From: Tubiluchus corallicola
Lineage: Eukaryota > Animalia > Priapulida
Length of the DNA: 64,000 bases
Reading direction: 5' to 3'
NCBI GenBank assembly: GCA_030141605.1
Contig: JAQGDQ010000976.1
Span: 1-64,000 of the forward strand
Shown: in pieces, positions 23,094 to 36,997 of the stretch
Position numbering within the stretch: position 1 is the stretch's first letter
Layout of the letters: every line of letters starts with the position of its first letter
Notes under the pieces: generated by a model
What the model saw: only the letters and a program-made list of their open reading frames with translations
Told to the model about the DNA's origin: nothing
The model's database searches: none
Translations under genes and position numbers: made by a program

Positions 23094-23523
23094 CAGGGGT
23101 GTGCAAACTGCGGCCCGCGGGCCACTTGCGGCCCGCCGAGAGATGTTGTGCGGCCCGCGAAGAGGTTTGTCAACGTAATAAAAGTGCGGCCCACGCGATC
23201 CAACTGAAGTCTGCGCCAATATCGCACAGATAGTGCAGGTAGTTTTTTCCTCTAAATCGGATGGCATTAACCCTTACAAGACCGTTGTCACTTAATGTCA
23301 CTGTCGGACATGATGAAATATACGGTTTTTAATATAAATTTTAATAATTTCTAAAATAGTTTTTGAGTGTAGTATGCAGTAGTAATGATGTGACAGATCA
23401 GATGCAGAAAAATCGTTATTAGGTCCTACTGTACTTGGCTCCTTGACCAAACTGCATGTGGCCCGCAGGAATTGCGGGAATGTTTAATGTGGCCCGGCTA
23501 GTCAGATAATTTGCACACCCCTG
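23094..23523 (+). mobile_element. hAT (Charlie-like) MITE, copy B (inverted relative to copy A)
   Basis: Same TIRs as copy A; perfect 8-bp TSD ccttagat; the interior is the reverse complement of 21448-21948 with indels. Confidence 0.9.
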
Positions 23524-23965
23524 CCTTAGATAATTCGTGGTATTGCTGCAATAATTACTATGCACAAAAATGTTGTTGTGTCAAAAAATATTTTGAACTG
23601 ATTCGTTTATACTAATTTTGTGGAAGGTGTGGTTGCAACTTATTATCAGGATATTTTTAGTCATGTTCCACTCGAACAGGACTCTGTGGCCATTAGTCTA
23701 AATTTACTCAATCTTAATTAAGCACCTAGTTCTTGGTCCTTTTCTGGGGGAAGAAAAGCAGCTATGTGATGGGCAAACCACCTTTCCTCCCTTTTGTGTA
23801 AAACAGCAAAGGTTTTGAATATAGGTGTCTCCCCTTTTTTGATTGACTTAATGTGGAGGCTCAAGCTATACAGGATCCAGATTTGGATTTAGTCTATGGA
23901 ATCCTAACCAGATCCTGTAAATATGGACTAGTTCTAATTCTAATAGCTGCATAACTATGACTTAC

Positions 23966-24119
23966 CCATCCATTATCATGGCATCAAGGATGGTCTCTCC
24001 ATTTTCATCAGGGCTGCCACCATATCCCACAGTGCCATCACATTGCTCTTTTTCACATTGTGTACATCCAGCTACGATGGCATCTATAGCACTGGATCCA
24101 CCTTCCAGGCTCTTCCATG
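23966..24119 (-). CDS. AGA: Aspartylglucosaminidase, exon 2
   Basis: [52 protein letters not shown]; 154 nt. Confidence 0.97.
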
Positions 24120-24578
24120 CTATTAAAGACAAAACAAAAAACACAATAGGCAACTTTTATTTAGCTATACCAAAACTTATTCTATAGTCACATTTATTGA
24201 ATATTTGAACAAGATGCTCATAGACTAGCTGATTTACTGCAAAGTTTCAACTAGATTTCACAAGTTGTGATCTACATAATAAATCTTAAAATCTAAGTTT
24301 CTGAGCTAATATGTAAAGAGGACGGCAATAATAAATCATGTTACATTCTAAATTATTACGATCACAGCAATACACTTCATTGAAAAACTAAATGTGCTGC
24401 CTTTTGTTTTCAACAATGACAAAAATTAAATAAATTTTTGCACCTTGACATAATCATAATTATCTTATCAATTTTTAACAATGCATATCGTTACCGGTAA
24501 CATTCTACTGTACAGACATAAAAAAAGATAACATGACAAGAGAAACATGCTTCCTAAGAAACGTAATTTAATACTTGC

Positions 24579-24720
24579 CTGCTCGAGTTGCATTAGAAAA
24601 GTTCCAAGTATTAATAACGAACGGCTTTAATGCGGTACGGCCTTGTAACCGCAATACATCCGACCCTGAGTTCATTACAAAGAAAAGTATCACAGCAGTC
24701 CATTGTCTAATCACTAACAT
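24579..24720 (-). CDS. AGA: Aspartylglucosaminidase, exon 1 (signal peptide; GC donor)
   Basis: ATG at 24720 with an in-frame stop upstream; MLVIRQWTAVILFFVMNSG...PFVINTWNFSNATRA; donor CAG|GCAAGT. Confidence 0.9.
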
Positions 24721-26109
24721 AGTATCAAGTTACATAAGGTACCACTATTAACGCCAAGTTAAATATGTAACACAGAAAGGCCTAACATTGTAATATCACG
24801 ATAAATTATTCACACTCAAAATACATTTCTAATACGCCTATAAATTTACACATAAAATACCAGACTTCCCACAAGTAACGAAAGGTCGGACTTTGAAAAC
24901 CATAAACCCTAATAAGGTTACGTTTCGTGAACAGCAACAGATTTCATAACATTCAGATCCCCCTAAACTCTGATCGGTTTCTTTCTCCAGGAATATCTAA
25001 TTGGCGAATGCCTCATTCTAGTCTGAGTGGCCACAATCGTAATAATAAATAGTATAAAAAAATTGTACTTCATCATCGCCCATTACGTCTATTATTGACA
25101 CTGGGCAGACAGAATCCTGAAATAAATCTGCCCTCGAGACAAGTAAACACTATACACAGCAAGCCAAGTATTCAACGGAAAATCAAATACAAGAAATCTT
25201 TGAAAGCGTCATACATTTCTTCATAAGTACGCCCTGCACAGCCGCCACTCCGTTAAACCAAAACAATTTCCCAAGTTTAAATTTTTGGTTTAATTAATAA
25301 AGCAACAGCCCGAAAAAAATATACACACATAACTGCTGAAAATTCAAAATCGAAATCTTAAATTTACAAACAATTATTTATACGATTATTATTATTTCGA
25401 CTATTATGATTAGTTGTTATTAAATTGAAAGAGCTTCATCATTAAAATATTTTTATATCAATCAATGATACGATACCTCATCACCATACAATGTACAATT
25501 GCATATACATAATCAAATTGAGAATAACGTAGTTTTTATAAATATAACAGACGTGTGATTTTATAATAAGAACTATTATAACTAGGCTAGGGCCAAAAGG
25601 TATTATAAATTTATAATAAAACGTAAAAAATATAAAAGGCCTATAACAGGTCTATTGATATAAATATCAATAAATTTTATTGATTAGTGTTCCTTTTTTG
25701 ATAGCGCACTAATATATATAGTTCATAATAGTTCAAAAATATTTTACTCTGACTCTTTACATTTCTACGACTGCTACTTGATCGAGTATAGGATACCTTT
25801 ACAAGACAAAAACAGATAACTATAGTTCCGTTAATAACTTTATGGCTTCATCTACATAGACAACCTTCTATCGGAGGACATGTGCCGACAAGGTATACAT
25901 TACCTGTGTACTGATTGTCGGCTCGCTTGTACTTCTTTGATGTCTGCCGCCAGGTGTTTGACTATCAGAGCCTAATCCGCTAGCCTCAATGGCCGGGTGT
26001 CTATAAACAAAGTTGTCAAACAATAAAAGCCATAAAACAGTAGGCACCAGAGGAGGAGCGAGAAAGAGAAAGAGGGGAGATACGGAAAAAGAAACGGAGA
26101 TAAAAACAG

Positions 26110-26370
<261 letters not shown>

Positions 26371-27053
26371 GTTAAAAAACTAAGAAAATAACAAATAATT
26401 TTCTTTGTACAATGGACTAACTTTCACTATGGTGGACGCCAGAAAAAAAGCCAAGAACTTTTGCACAGCTTCTTCAACCAATTACGTGTAATATTCATTT
26501 ATTTATTTTTATTTATACAGGAAAATTTTCGCGCAATACAGACAATAGGCGCGAATACGAATTCACTAAATTAACACGAACTGCACACGTCACACCTTAT
26601 CGATTTTAAGGAAGACTAGACGAAGAAAAGTGTACAACAAAAGCACTTTTTAGAAATTATGACTGGAGGCGGCATTTTATCTGATAAGGGCCCAATAAAC
26701 AACTAAGGGTTCTGGGAAGGACTAGCTTCCCTAGGGTTGCTCCCGACAGAACCAGCCCGCCGATGCATTTTTACTGAACATGAGGACACTTTGGAGGATC
26801 CAAGAGTTGAAACAAATCAGTATTTATACTGTCTTTATAGACCTTGAATCAATGCTTAGAAGATAACGTAATAAACTTCTTTGCAAATAACGTTCAGGGG
26901 GGGTGCCTTTATATTATCTTTTCTGCATTTCAAAGCATTTTGAGGGCGTCTGAGAACACTTTGATCGAACTTGGAATTTTTTATGGAAATTCAGTTAGAT
27001 AAATTTAGGCCATTTTAACATCCAGCAATAGGATTATAAGCAAACACATTTAA

Positions 27054-27360
27054 AGGAAGACAGTATGATTTTTCGTATACTCCCACCGTTTTCAAGTTCG
27101 ATAAAAAATATGCATTTTAACACAATTAATATTGTAAAAGCGTTTCTGATAATTAAATAATAGATTAACAGACGCTAGTGCCCGTCTAGCTAGCGAAATG
27201 CATGCAACAGCGAAGAACTAGTGGCAGGAGCATGAAATTGTGTTTGTGTGGCAATAATTCTTTCACGCAAGTCACTCTTGAAAAAATAGTATGTTTCATT
27301 TTAATGGCTTAAAGAGCAGATTGTTTTGACCTACAGTTTAAGATTGGGTCCGGTTTTGCT
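27054..27360 (-). mobile_element. Kolobok-like MITE K1, internally deleted copy
   Basis: TTAA|aggaagacagtatg ... gggtccggttttgct|TTAA. Confidence 0.8.
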
Positions 27361-28002
27361 TTAAAAGTAGTACAGGTGTGCTATACTAGTATAGAACAGT
27401 ATACTGTAGTGCTATATGGAGCAGTTTAGGCCATTCTGTTTAGCAGCAGCAAGATGAGCAAAGTAGCTTGCACCGCATCATAATTTGCAAAAAAATGAGA
27501 GAAATATTCATGAGAAAGTCAGGCTGCTGATGAATGTGTTACAAGTACTTTTTATTCGCTTATCATTAACAAACTTAGGGTAAATAAATGTAAAAATGTG
27601 TAAAAAACTATTTATCACTGATACAAAAGTGTTTTACACAATCTGGTACTACCGAGATTGCCGATTTGATGCTTGTTTGGTTCGAATCCCAGCATTAGTG
27701 GTTTGTGAACTATTTTATTTCTCTTATAGTTAATATTTCCAAGTGATGTCCTTTGAGAACGCCTGTATTAGTGGGACAGCAGTGTGTACAAGCGGCCCAG
27801 GCAGCAATAAGTATGTGTGAGCTATAAAACTGCTTACGTATAGCATAAAATGGGCGAGTCATATGTTGGTATGTTGGTATGTACACTATGCAATTGACTG
27901 TAAACAATGGACAGGTAGTATAACAGTAACATCGTGTAGCCTTGAGATGGGTACATCAGAACTTTCCCAGCGCTTCAGGTGTTCCGGCAAAATTGTAAAG
28001 TA

Positions 28003-28415
28003 CTCTATTAAATTTTTGTTCTCTTCGTAACATTGCAAGTCGAAATCTATCACTCACTCTATTAAATATTAATTTTTGTTCTCTTCGGTACATTGCAAGT
28101 CGAAATCTATCACTCACTCTATTAAATATTAATTTTTGTTCTCTTCGGTACATTGCAAGTCGAAATCTATCACTCACTCTATTGAATATTAATTTTTGTT
28201 CTCTTCGGTACATTGCAAGTAGAAACCTATCACTCACTCTATTAAATATTAATTTTTGTTCTCTTCGGTACATTGCAAGTCGAAACCTATCACTCACTCT
28301 ATTGAATATTAATTTTTGTTCTCTTCGGTACATTGGGAGTCGAAACCTATCACTCACTCTATTAAATATTAATTTTTCTTCTCTTCGGTACATTGCAAGT
28401 CGAAACTATCACTCA
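28003..28415. repeat. 60-bp minisatellite, about 7 copies
   Basis: Successive 60-nt lines are nearly identical (ctcttcggtacattgcaagtcgaaatctatcactcactctatt...). Confidence 0.97.
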
Positions 28416-28534
28416 CGACAAAGGCAGGCCCGACTCGATGAGATGCTCTGTGGCGAGACCGGAGACTGGCTCACTAATTGTTAAAGATTTCTCCCCAATG
28501 CTCCTCTAAGATTACAGTACATGTCTCTGATCTA

Positions 28535-28665
28535 ATAGTGTATGAAACATAACAATTTAATACAATAGATGTAATAATTTTGATGTCACTGTGTGCTTAG
28601 TGTCATTATAATGTACTGAATGTGATAATAATAATAAATAAAAAATAATAAATAAATAAATAAAA
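28535..28665 (+). mobile_element. Retroelement 3' tail; inverted second copy at about 40725-40835
   Basis: tagtgtatgaaacataacaatttaatac...actgaatgtgataataataataaata matches the reverse complement of 40730-40835. Confidence 0.65.
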
Positions 28666-30296
28666 AATGCCTGGTTTAGGAAATTAACGTTGGGAGAACA
28701 AATACTTCGTGCAAGCACTTTTTCCAGTGATTTGGAACAGCGTCAAGATAGGAATAGAAAAACCAACCATCTCATGCAAATGCACATTTTTACAAGAGAG
28801 TACAAGTTCCCTAAACCAAAAGTCTGGTATCGGTTCCAAACGTAATTGTCAAGATTTTCGGATTGTGTAGCAGAAATACAAATTAAAAACATTCTTGACT
28901 TAAACGCCCAAAAAACGCCCCCCCCCTAAAACATTAAATCAAGTCATTTTGGACTGGCGGAGACGAGGTATTTCACTTTATCTTGCATGGAATTCGGAGT
29001 CTTTCGTCTTTCATGTTTTCTGCGTTCTGCTTTAGATGCTTTCGTCATTTTTTTCTGTTACATAGGTCATGATCAATGTTATCTTAATGTATCATCTTAA
29101 TGTAGTTTTGTCCTACATACAGAAGTAAGTTAGCTAGGCTATTATTAGAATGATAATACTTGTAGAGGCATCAAATCGTGATGTTACCATTAAGTCATTA
29201 GTTCTTTCCATATGAGAAATTTGTTGCATTTCCCCCCCCCCCCCAATTGTCACACGACCAAATATTTCACGAGAATTTCCAATTTGTGTTGTATTTCCCT
29301 CGAAATAGCAAAAGTAAGTAAACCCATTGTGTTCCGTAATGGAAATGTACAACTTCACGTGTACAATCATAATACAGAACTGTTGTTCTGGATTAGAACG
29401 AAAGCTATCAAAAAACACAAGGTCTACGCAAAATAATGCAATAAAAAACCGTTTCATCTTAATAATAATGATAATAGTATTAGATTATAATCATATTTAC
29501 AAGAAAAATGCAAAGTCCCAGATCCTATAATTAGTCTGAAGAGTGTTCAAATCACTCCCTATACAGACTTTTATAATATACCATGCAATACGCAAACACA
29601 TAACACACGATATTTATAAATAATACAAAGCAAGTGACTTATAAATAGAGCCTATACATACAATCAGAGAATTGCTTTCATATTTTGACATTAACGTAAT
29701 TATGTGCTAAGTACATTTTTAAGCTATACGTACTACATACGACATTGAAACAATAAGTCTATGTACATTATATGAAGCCTCGATAGAATTGCGCATATAC
29801 GTTTATAATTTAATGTACATGTGTTGCACGATGTGTTTTTAAATATCGTGAAATTTTATGGGATATAATCTGCCGATAAATTTAGTTTTAGTTGAGAACT
29901 ATATTGAGAAATCGGCTACAGACATGACATCATCTTGGTAATTATTATAATATTATGCTACTGGGATTGTTCAAATAAACAAAACTTGGCTTATACGAGT
30001 TGCACACGTTATGCATATAATATTTGTTGAAAAGACAGCCCTTATTTTTAGGTATGTAATTAACTGCATAGTGACTAAAGTCTATACATGTTTATTGACA
30101 GACAATTTTGTTTCGTTGAGACAAAGACATGTTGACTTAAATGACTCAAGTCCTAAACATATGAATTAAAAAAATTTGAATACTGCAAAACAGACAAATA
30201 CATAATTTGTGTCTTTCGGCTGGTATACGATAAATACCCCCCCCCCAAAAAAATAAACACGATTATAATTCATTAGTGACAAAGATTTGTAAAAGA

Positions 30297-30666
30297 TCTG
30301 AGTGTTTAGAACAAAACTAATGCTGCTTAAAAATTCGAGTGTTTAGAACAAAACTAATGCTGCTTAAAACTCTGAGTGTTTAGAACAAAACTAATGCTGC
30401 TTAAAAATCTAAGTGTTTAGAACAAAACTAATGCTGCTTAAAAATCTGAGTGTTTAGAACAAAACTAATGCTGCTTAAAAATCTGAGTGTTTAGAACAAA
30501 ACTAATGCTGCTTAAAAATCTGAGTTGTTTAGAACAAAACTAATGCTGCTTAAAAATCTGAGTGTTTAGAACAAAACTAATGCTGCTTAAAAATCTGAGT
30601 GTTTAGAACAAAACTAATGTTGCTTAAAAATCTGAGTGTTTAGAACAAAACTAATGTTGCTTAAAA
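30297..30666. repeat. 37-bp minisatellite, about 10 copies
   Basis: Unit tctgagtgtttagaacaaaactaatgctgcttaaaaa, head to tail with no spacers. Confidence 0.97.
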
Positions 30667-31491
30667 TTACACATATAAAAATCAATGAAAACAGGACCAT
30701 GAGCATTGGTCACAAATGCTGTACAACACAACAGCAGGGCTGAGTAATTCGGAATAATTCGGTACACAAAACAATTAAAGTGGGTTTGAAAAACAAAAGA
30801 CACAAGTCTCAGAAATATATACAACATAGATTAACACATATTGCCGACAACATGAGCAAAAACAGCTAGTTTACTGATAAGTTTAATCACATTACCAACT
30901 ATACATAACCTTGAATAATCATTATAATACAGCAGATTGTTTTATCATCAAATGGAAGAAGTTTTAGTCTTAAGCCGATAATTATGATGTCTGTCCTACC
31001 AACTCCAACGATAATTTTATTGTATTAGACTGGACTATGCTCACATTACGTTGCATACACTTGCAGGCTGTAATAACTGCGTAAATAGTTTAACTTTTGT
31101 TTAGCTGATATGACGTTAATGGTCTAGCTCACCTGATATTAAGCATTAATTACAAAATTAAGTTCCAGGTAACTTGGAATAGTTTAGAATTAGCCTTTAT
31201 TTACAAGCAAAAATATTATGCGTTTTTGAGTATGAGATCCAACAAAATTACCGAAGAAATAACTCATGCATTAATAATATTCTACGCAAGGCATTTACCC
31301 TGGTTGCTGATTTGCTCTACTTTCCCCTAGAATGAAGAACAATGATCGGACTTTGGGATTAACAATCAGAATAGATACTTAATCAGAGTAACACATCAAT
31401 CTGATTTAGCTTATTATGCATGAAATAACGAGCCGACCAGAAGTGACAAATCGATTTTAAAGTAAATGATTTGACACAAAGTGGGCAGAAG

Positions 31492-31943
<452 letters not shown>

Positions 31944-32315
31944 CTGCCCACTTTGTGTTAAATCATTTACTTTAAAATCGATTAATACACAAAGTATATA
32001 CATATATATATATTATGAACCAACCAAAAGTGACAAAATAGGTTTTAAAGTAAATGGTTTGTTTCGTTTACCAAAATACGTATGTTTGGTAAAAAGTGTG
32101 GGAAAGGCATGACGGCAATTTGGGTATCATAGCAAACCTATCTAAGCCTAGGTCACGATACTCTTGATCTTGGGTCACAATGGGTCGCAATAGCCTTGGG
32201 TCACAATACTCTTTTGCAAAAGAAACATTTACAAATGTACATGATTTATTAACCTATTCAATATAAATTTAAGGTTTATCGTTATTCTCGGTGATTGCAC
32301 GACAAGATCGTGTTG

Positions 32316-32421
32316 ACAATGCCCGTCACGTGACTTGAAGAAACACGAAACAATGCCCGTCACGTGACTTGAAGAAACACGAAACAATGCCCATCACGTG
32401 ACTTGAAGAAACACGAAACAA
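32316..32421. repeat. 34-bp tandem repeat x3 directly after the Cdx stop codon
   Basis: Unit acaatgcccgtcacgtgacttgaagaaacacgaa; caatgccc at 32317, 32351 and 32385. Confidence 0.95.
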
Positions 32422-32424
32422 GAA

Positions 32425-32617
32425 CTAAAATTGTGCATGGAGATTAGGAGGTCCCAAAGGTGGTTGATCACAAACTTCTAGTTTCGATATCACTTCGTCT
32501 TTTTTCTTGCCCATTTTTCGCTCCTTCGCTCTGCGATTTTGGAACCAGATTTTCACTTGCCTTTCTGACAGCTGTAGGTTTTGGGCTAGCTCTGCTTTCC
32601 GTCTTATAGTTATGTAC
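32425..32617 (-). CDS. Cdx: Cdx/caudal homeobox, exon 3 (helices 2-3 and C-terminus)
   Basis: Acceptor tttttgcAG; [34 protein letters not shown] is diagnostic for Cdx; TAG at 32427-32425; AATAAA on the minus strand at 32250-32245. Confidence 0.98.
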
Positions 32618-34120
32618 CTGCAAAAACAAGCAGACATTTACATTTTTTGCAACAAAACAACGACAATCTGCAACAATATTACAACAATAACGCAGCAACA
32701 ACGGTAACGACAACAAAAGTAACAAAGATTAAACAATTTGTTTCCTTTTCGCGTCAAAATCAACCCATGAATGCCATTCAGTTAATATACGTAAAAAGGA
32801 AGTATACATTATAAAAAATGTTTATAGTTAAAACAACACATTTACTTTACATAGTTAAAATCATGTCAAACGTTTCGAAGAATACTGTTGTCATCATCAG
32901 TGGTAAATTTACAAACATACAACCAGTTTATATAGGGAGAGCCTACTACACTACGCACTAATTAAGTATTTAACAGAAGCCAAATAGATAATGAGTAAGT
33001 AGACCAGCAAAGAAAATGATACAGCAACTTAAACACTAATTATGTATTTACAAAAGCCAAATAGGTAATGATTAAGCAGACCTGTAGAAAATACAGTAAC
33101 AAACAGCTAAGTGTCAGAGAATAAAGTTGAAGGAATTGAACTGCTTTGTACATTAAGAGAATGCTTATTATGGTACATAGATGAACTTTGTTTTATTAAT
33201 AAGCTCAAGTTATTTGTAGCTCTGGTCACAATGCTGAAATGATTAAAATCAGCTTAGTGGCCAGAGGCACAAATATGGTCATTAATGCTGAATTGAGAAG
33301 AACTTTTTAATTTTTTGTCAGTTCTAGACGAAATACCCAAACGTTCACAAATTCTTAATTTAAAGTGTGTGGATGTTTTGCCATGGCAACCATGTTTTAA
33401 CCATAAATATTTTTTAAGTGCTTGTACTAAAAATTGACTTGCAAAATGATTGGAAATACCCCGATGTTATAGTTTCTGCGTTCGAATCTCATTCATACTA
33501 TATTCACATTTTGGTATTTATACGAAGGAGCTGAAATATCTGGTAGAAGGCCAGATATTCATTTTTTGCTATTTTATTTTGTGTTAAAGGTTTCTAATAA
33601 ATAAACTGAAAAATAAATAAAAATAACAACAATAATAAAAAATAATTGAATCAAGTGGCAACTGCAATGCTCTGCAATCTACTGTTCTCAAGTGTCGTTC
33701 TTCCGTTTTCTTTTGTCGAAATAAAAATAAAATTTAAATTATATATATATATTAATTCTTTATTTGTCTTTAAAATGGTTCACTCATTGTAATAAAATTG
33801 AGTAAGCCTCAGCCTAATGTTAAAATAACAACACTGTTCAAGACAAATGCGTCCAGTGCTGACTAAAAAAACTAAAGTGCAAAACTAAGGCCTAATTATA
33901 TACAATAAATGAACATATATACAAACACCATATTAAAGTTAAAATAGTATTAATGTGAACTACTAATAATAATGTGTACTATTAATAGAACATATTAATA
34001 GTATTAACCATTATTTATGTAGCTCGATTTCATTCCACACCCTAATTTGTGAAACTCACAAACAAGATTACAAAATAAGGACACTTAAATACTACAATTA
34101 CAATAGTGAAAAAAGCTTAC

Positions 34121-34205
34121 CTGCTGTAATGAAATTCTTTTTCCAGTTCTAAGCGTTGATGGTCGCTGTACACCACTCTGTACTTGTCTTTTGTTCTAGT
34201 TTTTC
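34121..34205 (-). CDS. Cdx: Cdx/caudal homeobox, exon 2 (N-terminal arm and helix 1; missed by the ORF track)
   Basis: Acceptor ctctgcAG; [29 protein letters not shown]; donor GTAAGC; phase 1 in and phase 2 out fit both neighbours. Confidence 0.98.
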
Positions 34206-34639
34206 CTGCAGAGTTGGCAGAAACCATTAGATTGGGCGCTGTTACAAACAAAATTCATTACATCTTCTGGGGGCTCATATAGCTAAAGAGCCACAGCCTG
34301 AATCTTCAGCGGGGATTTAAAAAAAATGCCCCAAAATTTTCTCAGCATATGGGCATAAACAAACCGATATGATGTAACGAAATTTGACAATTTTTTTCAT
34401 CACGATCATAGTAAATATAGCGCATGCGCATAGTTTTCGAGCATTAGTTTACGTAACATGCAATTTTTGGATTTTAGACAATTTAAAGTAACCGTTAAAA
34501 TTAGTGTGGGAGGCGTAATTATGAGCTCAACTCAGGCAACTAAAAATCTTGGTGAATAGTAACAAAAATAGTAAACGACTCTTGTGCTATACTAATGTTA
34601 TGCCTTAAAATTTTGAGAACTGGCTATACCAGCAACAGA

Positions 34640-34850
34640 GTTAATTTTTCCATTAATTATCACAGCAATTTTGCTTAATTTTAATCACAATTAAGCCATT
34701 AATAACGGCGGTAATTAAAGTGTCTAATTATCCGCTTTCTACAGTCATCCATAAAACCTTTTTCACCGTATTTCGGAAAGCAGAATTTTATGGGTTCATT
34801 TGGATTATGTTAATTAGCCAATTGTCTAATTGGTGGATAATAAACAAGTG
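34640..34850. promoter_or_regulatory. Candidate homeodomain-site cluster in Cdx intron 1
   Basis: Dense TAAT/TAATTA cores plus Cdx-type CCATAAAA (34749) and TTTTATGG (34786) in non-repetitive sequence. Confidence 0.35.
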
Positions 34851-35117
34851 GGTGTGGCCAAATAATGAAGCGTCACAATGAAATTTGCTGAACTGAATCG
34901 ACGATGATTTTATATGTTTAGTGAATCAACACTTTGTTAACAATAAAAAGGATTTCTATCAATTTTATGATTGCAATTTTGCAGACCGTTAAAAATCACG
35001 TAGACTCTACACCCTGTTTGTCTTCGGTCAGGAAAACATTATTTCTTATTTCTATACCATATAGAGTGATCGAAAAATGAAGAATTTCATTCTGAATTGA
35101 CAAAGATTCAAGTTATT

Positions 35118-35851
35118 ATAGGGGTACAGTAGCGTATACGTACTTAAAGTACATTAACTTAGGAAACGTAATCTCTTTTTCTAGGGGTACAGAAGCGTAT
35201 ACGTACTTAAAGTACATTAACTTAGGAAACATAATCTCTTTCTTTAGGGGTACAGAAGCGTATACGTAATTAAAGTACATTAACTTAGGAAACGTAATCT
35301 CTTTTTCTAGGGGCACAGAAGCGTATACGTACTTAAAGTACATTAACTTAGGAAACGTAATCTCTTTCTCTAGGGGTACAGAAGCGTATACGTACTTAAA
35401 GTACATTAACTTAGGAACATAATCTCTTTCTCTAGGGGTACAGAAGCGTATACGTACTTAAAGTACATTAACTTAGGAAACGTAATCTCTTTCTCTAGGG
35501 GTACAGAAGCGTATACGTACTTAAAGTACATTAACTTAGGAACATAATCTCTTTCTCTAGGGTTACAGAAGCGTATACGCACTTAAAGTACATTAACTTA
35601 GGAACATAATCTCTTTCTCTAGGGGTACAGAAGCGTATACGTACTTAAAGTACATTAACTTAGGAAACGTAATCTCTTTTTCTAGGGGCACAGAAGCGTA
35701 TACGTACTTAAAGTACATTAACTTAGGAAACGTAATCTCTTTCTCTAGGGGTACAGAAGCGTATACGTACTTAAAGTACATTAACTTAGGAACATAATCT
35801 CTTTCTCTAGGGTTACAGAAGCGTATACGTACTTAAAGTACATTAACTTAG
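35118..35851. repeat. 62/63-bp minisatellite, about 12 copies
   Basis: Unit ctaggggtacagaagcgtatacgtacttaaagtacattaacttaggaaacgtaatctcttt(t/c)t. Confidence 0.97.
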
Positions 35852-36564
35852 TAATCTCGTTCTCTTTCCAATCAACCGTTTGGAACTAAGCATTATTTTG
35901 TATTTACAAACACATAGGTTAGTATTTTACATAAAGTAACTGTAAACAGGGGTGGGGGCTCATGGCAAACAATGTAAATTTTCAGCTTCAAAACAGTGTT
36001 CCGTTACTTCGTACTGTAGTTCATATAATTCAGAAATATAATTCATACTATTGTTTGTCTACATATAGTAAAAACTACGTACTATACTACTATCCTGTCT
36101 ATTAAACTCATGCGAAACGGAAGGCAAAGAAATTTAACAATGAAATAAAGTGTCTCACAACACAAATAGAAAAAAAAACAGACCAGGCTGCAGCAAACTT
36201 TGCTATATATACTTGTCTACAGAAAATGTAATGAAAATATGTAATACAAAATACTTAAATGATACAAAACACAGGTCAATACAGTAAAAGTTTGCATGCT
36301 GGTATGTATATAATAAAAAGCAATATGATAATGCTGTTTATAATAAGTCTAATTTTGGACTTGTAAGTTACAACTGAAGAGCATTAAATAACATCAACAG
36401 AGAACTACAGGAAGGGGTGATTAAAGAAAAATTTATTTCACAACACGTAGCTGGCTTTGAACTCAATTCTCTGATACTTTGGATGCCCTTCTAATTCAGA
36501 GAAACTTTGGCGGCAAAAGCTGTTAAGAACTTATTATGTCATGCAAATATTTTTTTAGAAATCA

Positions 36565-36997
<433 letters not shown>

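Noticed and set aside
30297-30666. 37-bp repeat beginning GTTTAGA as a CRISPR direct repeat (also the 28-bp array at 19210)
   Set aside because: Units are head to tail with no unique spacers.
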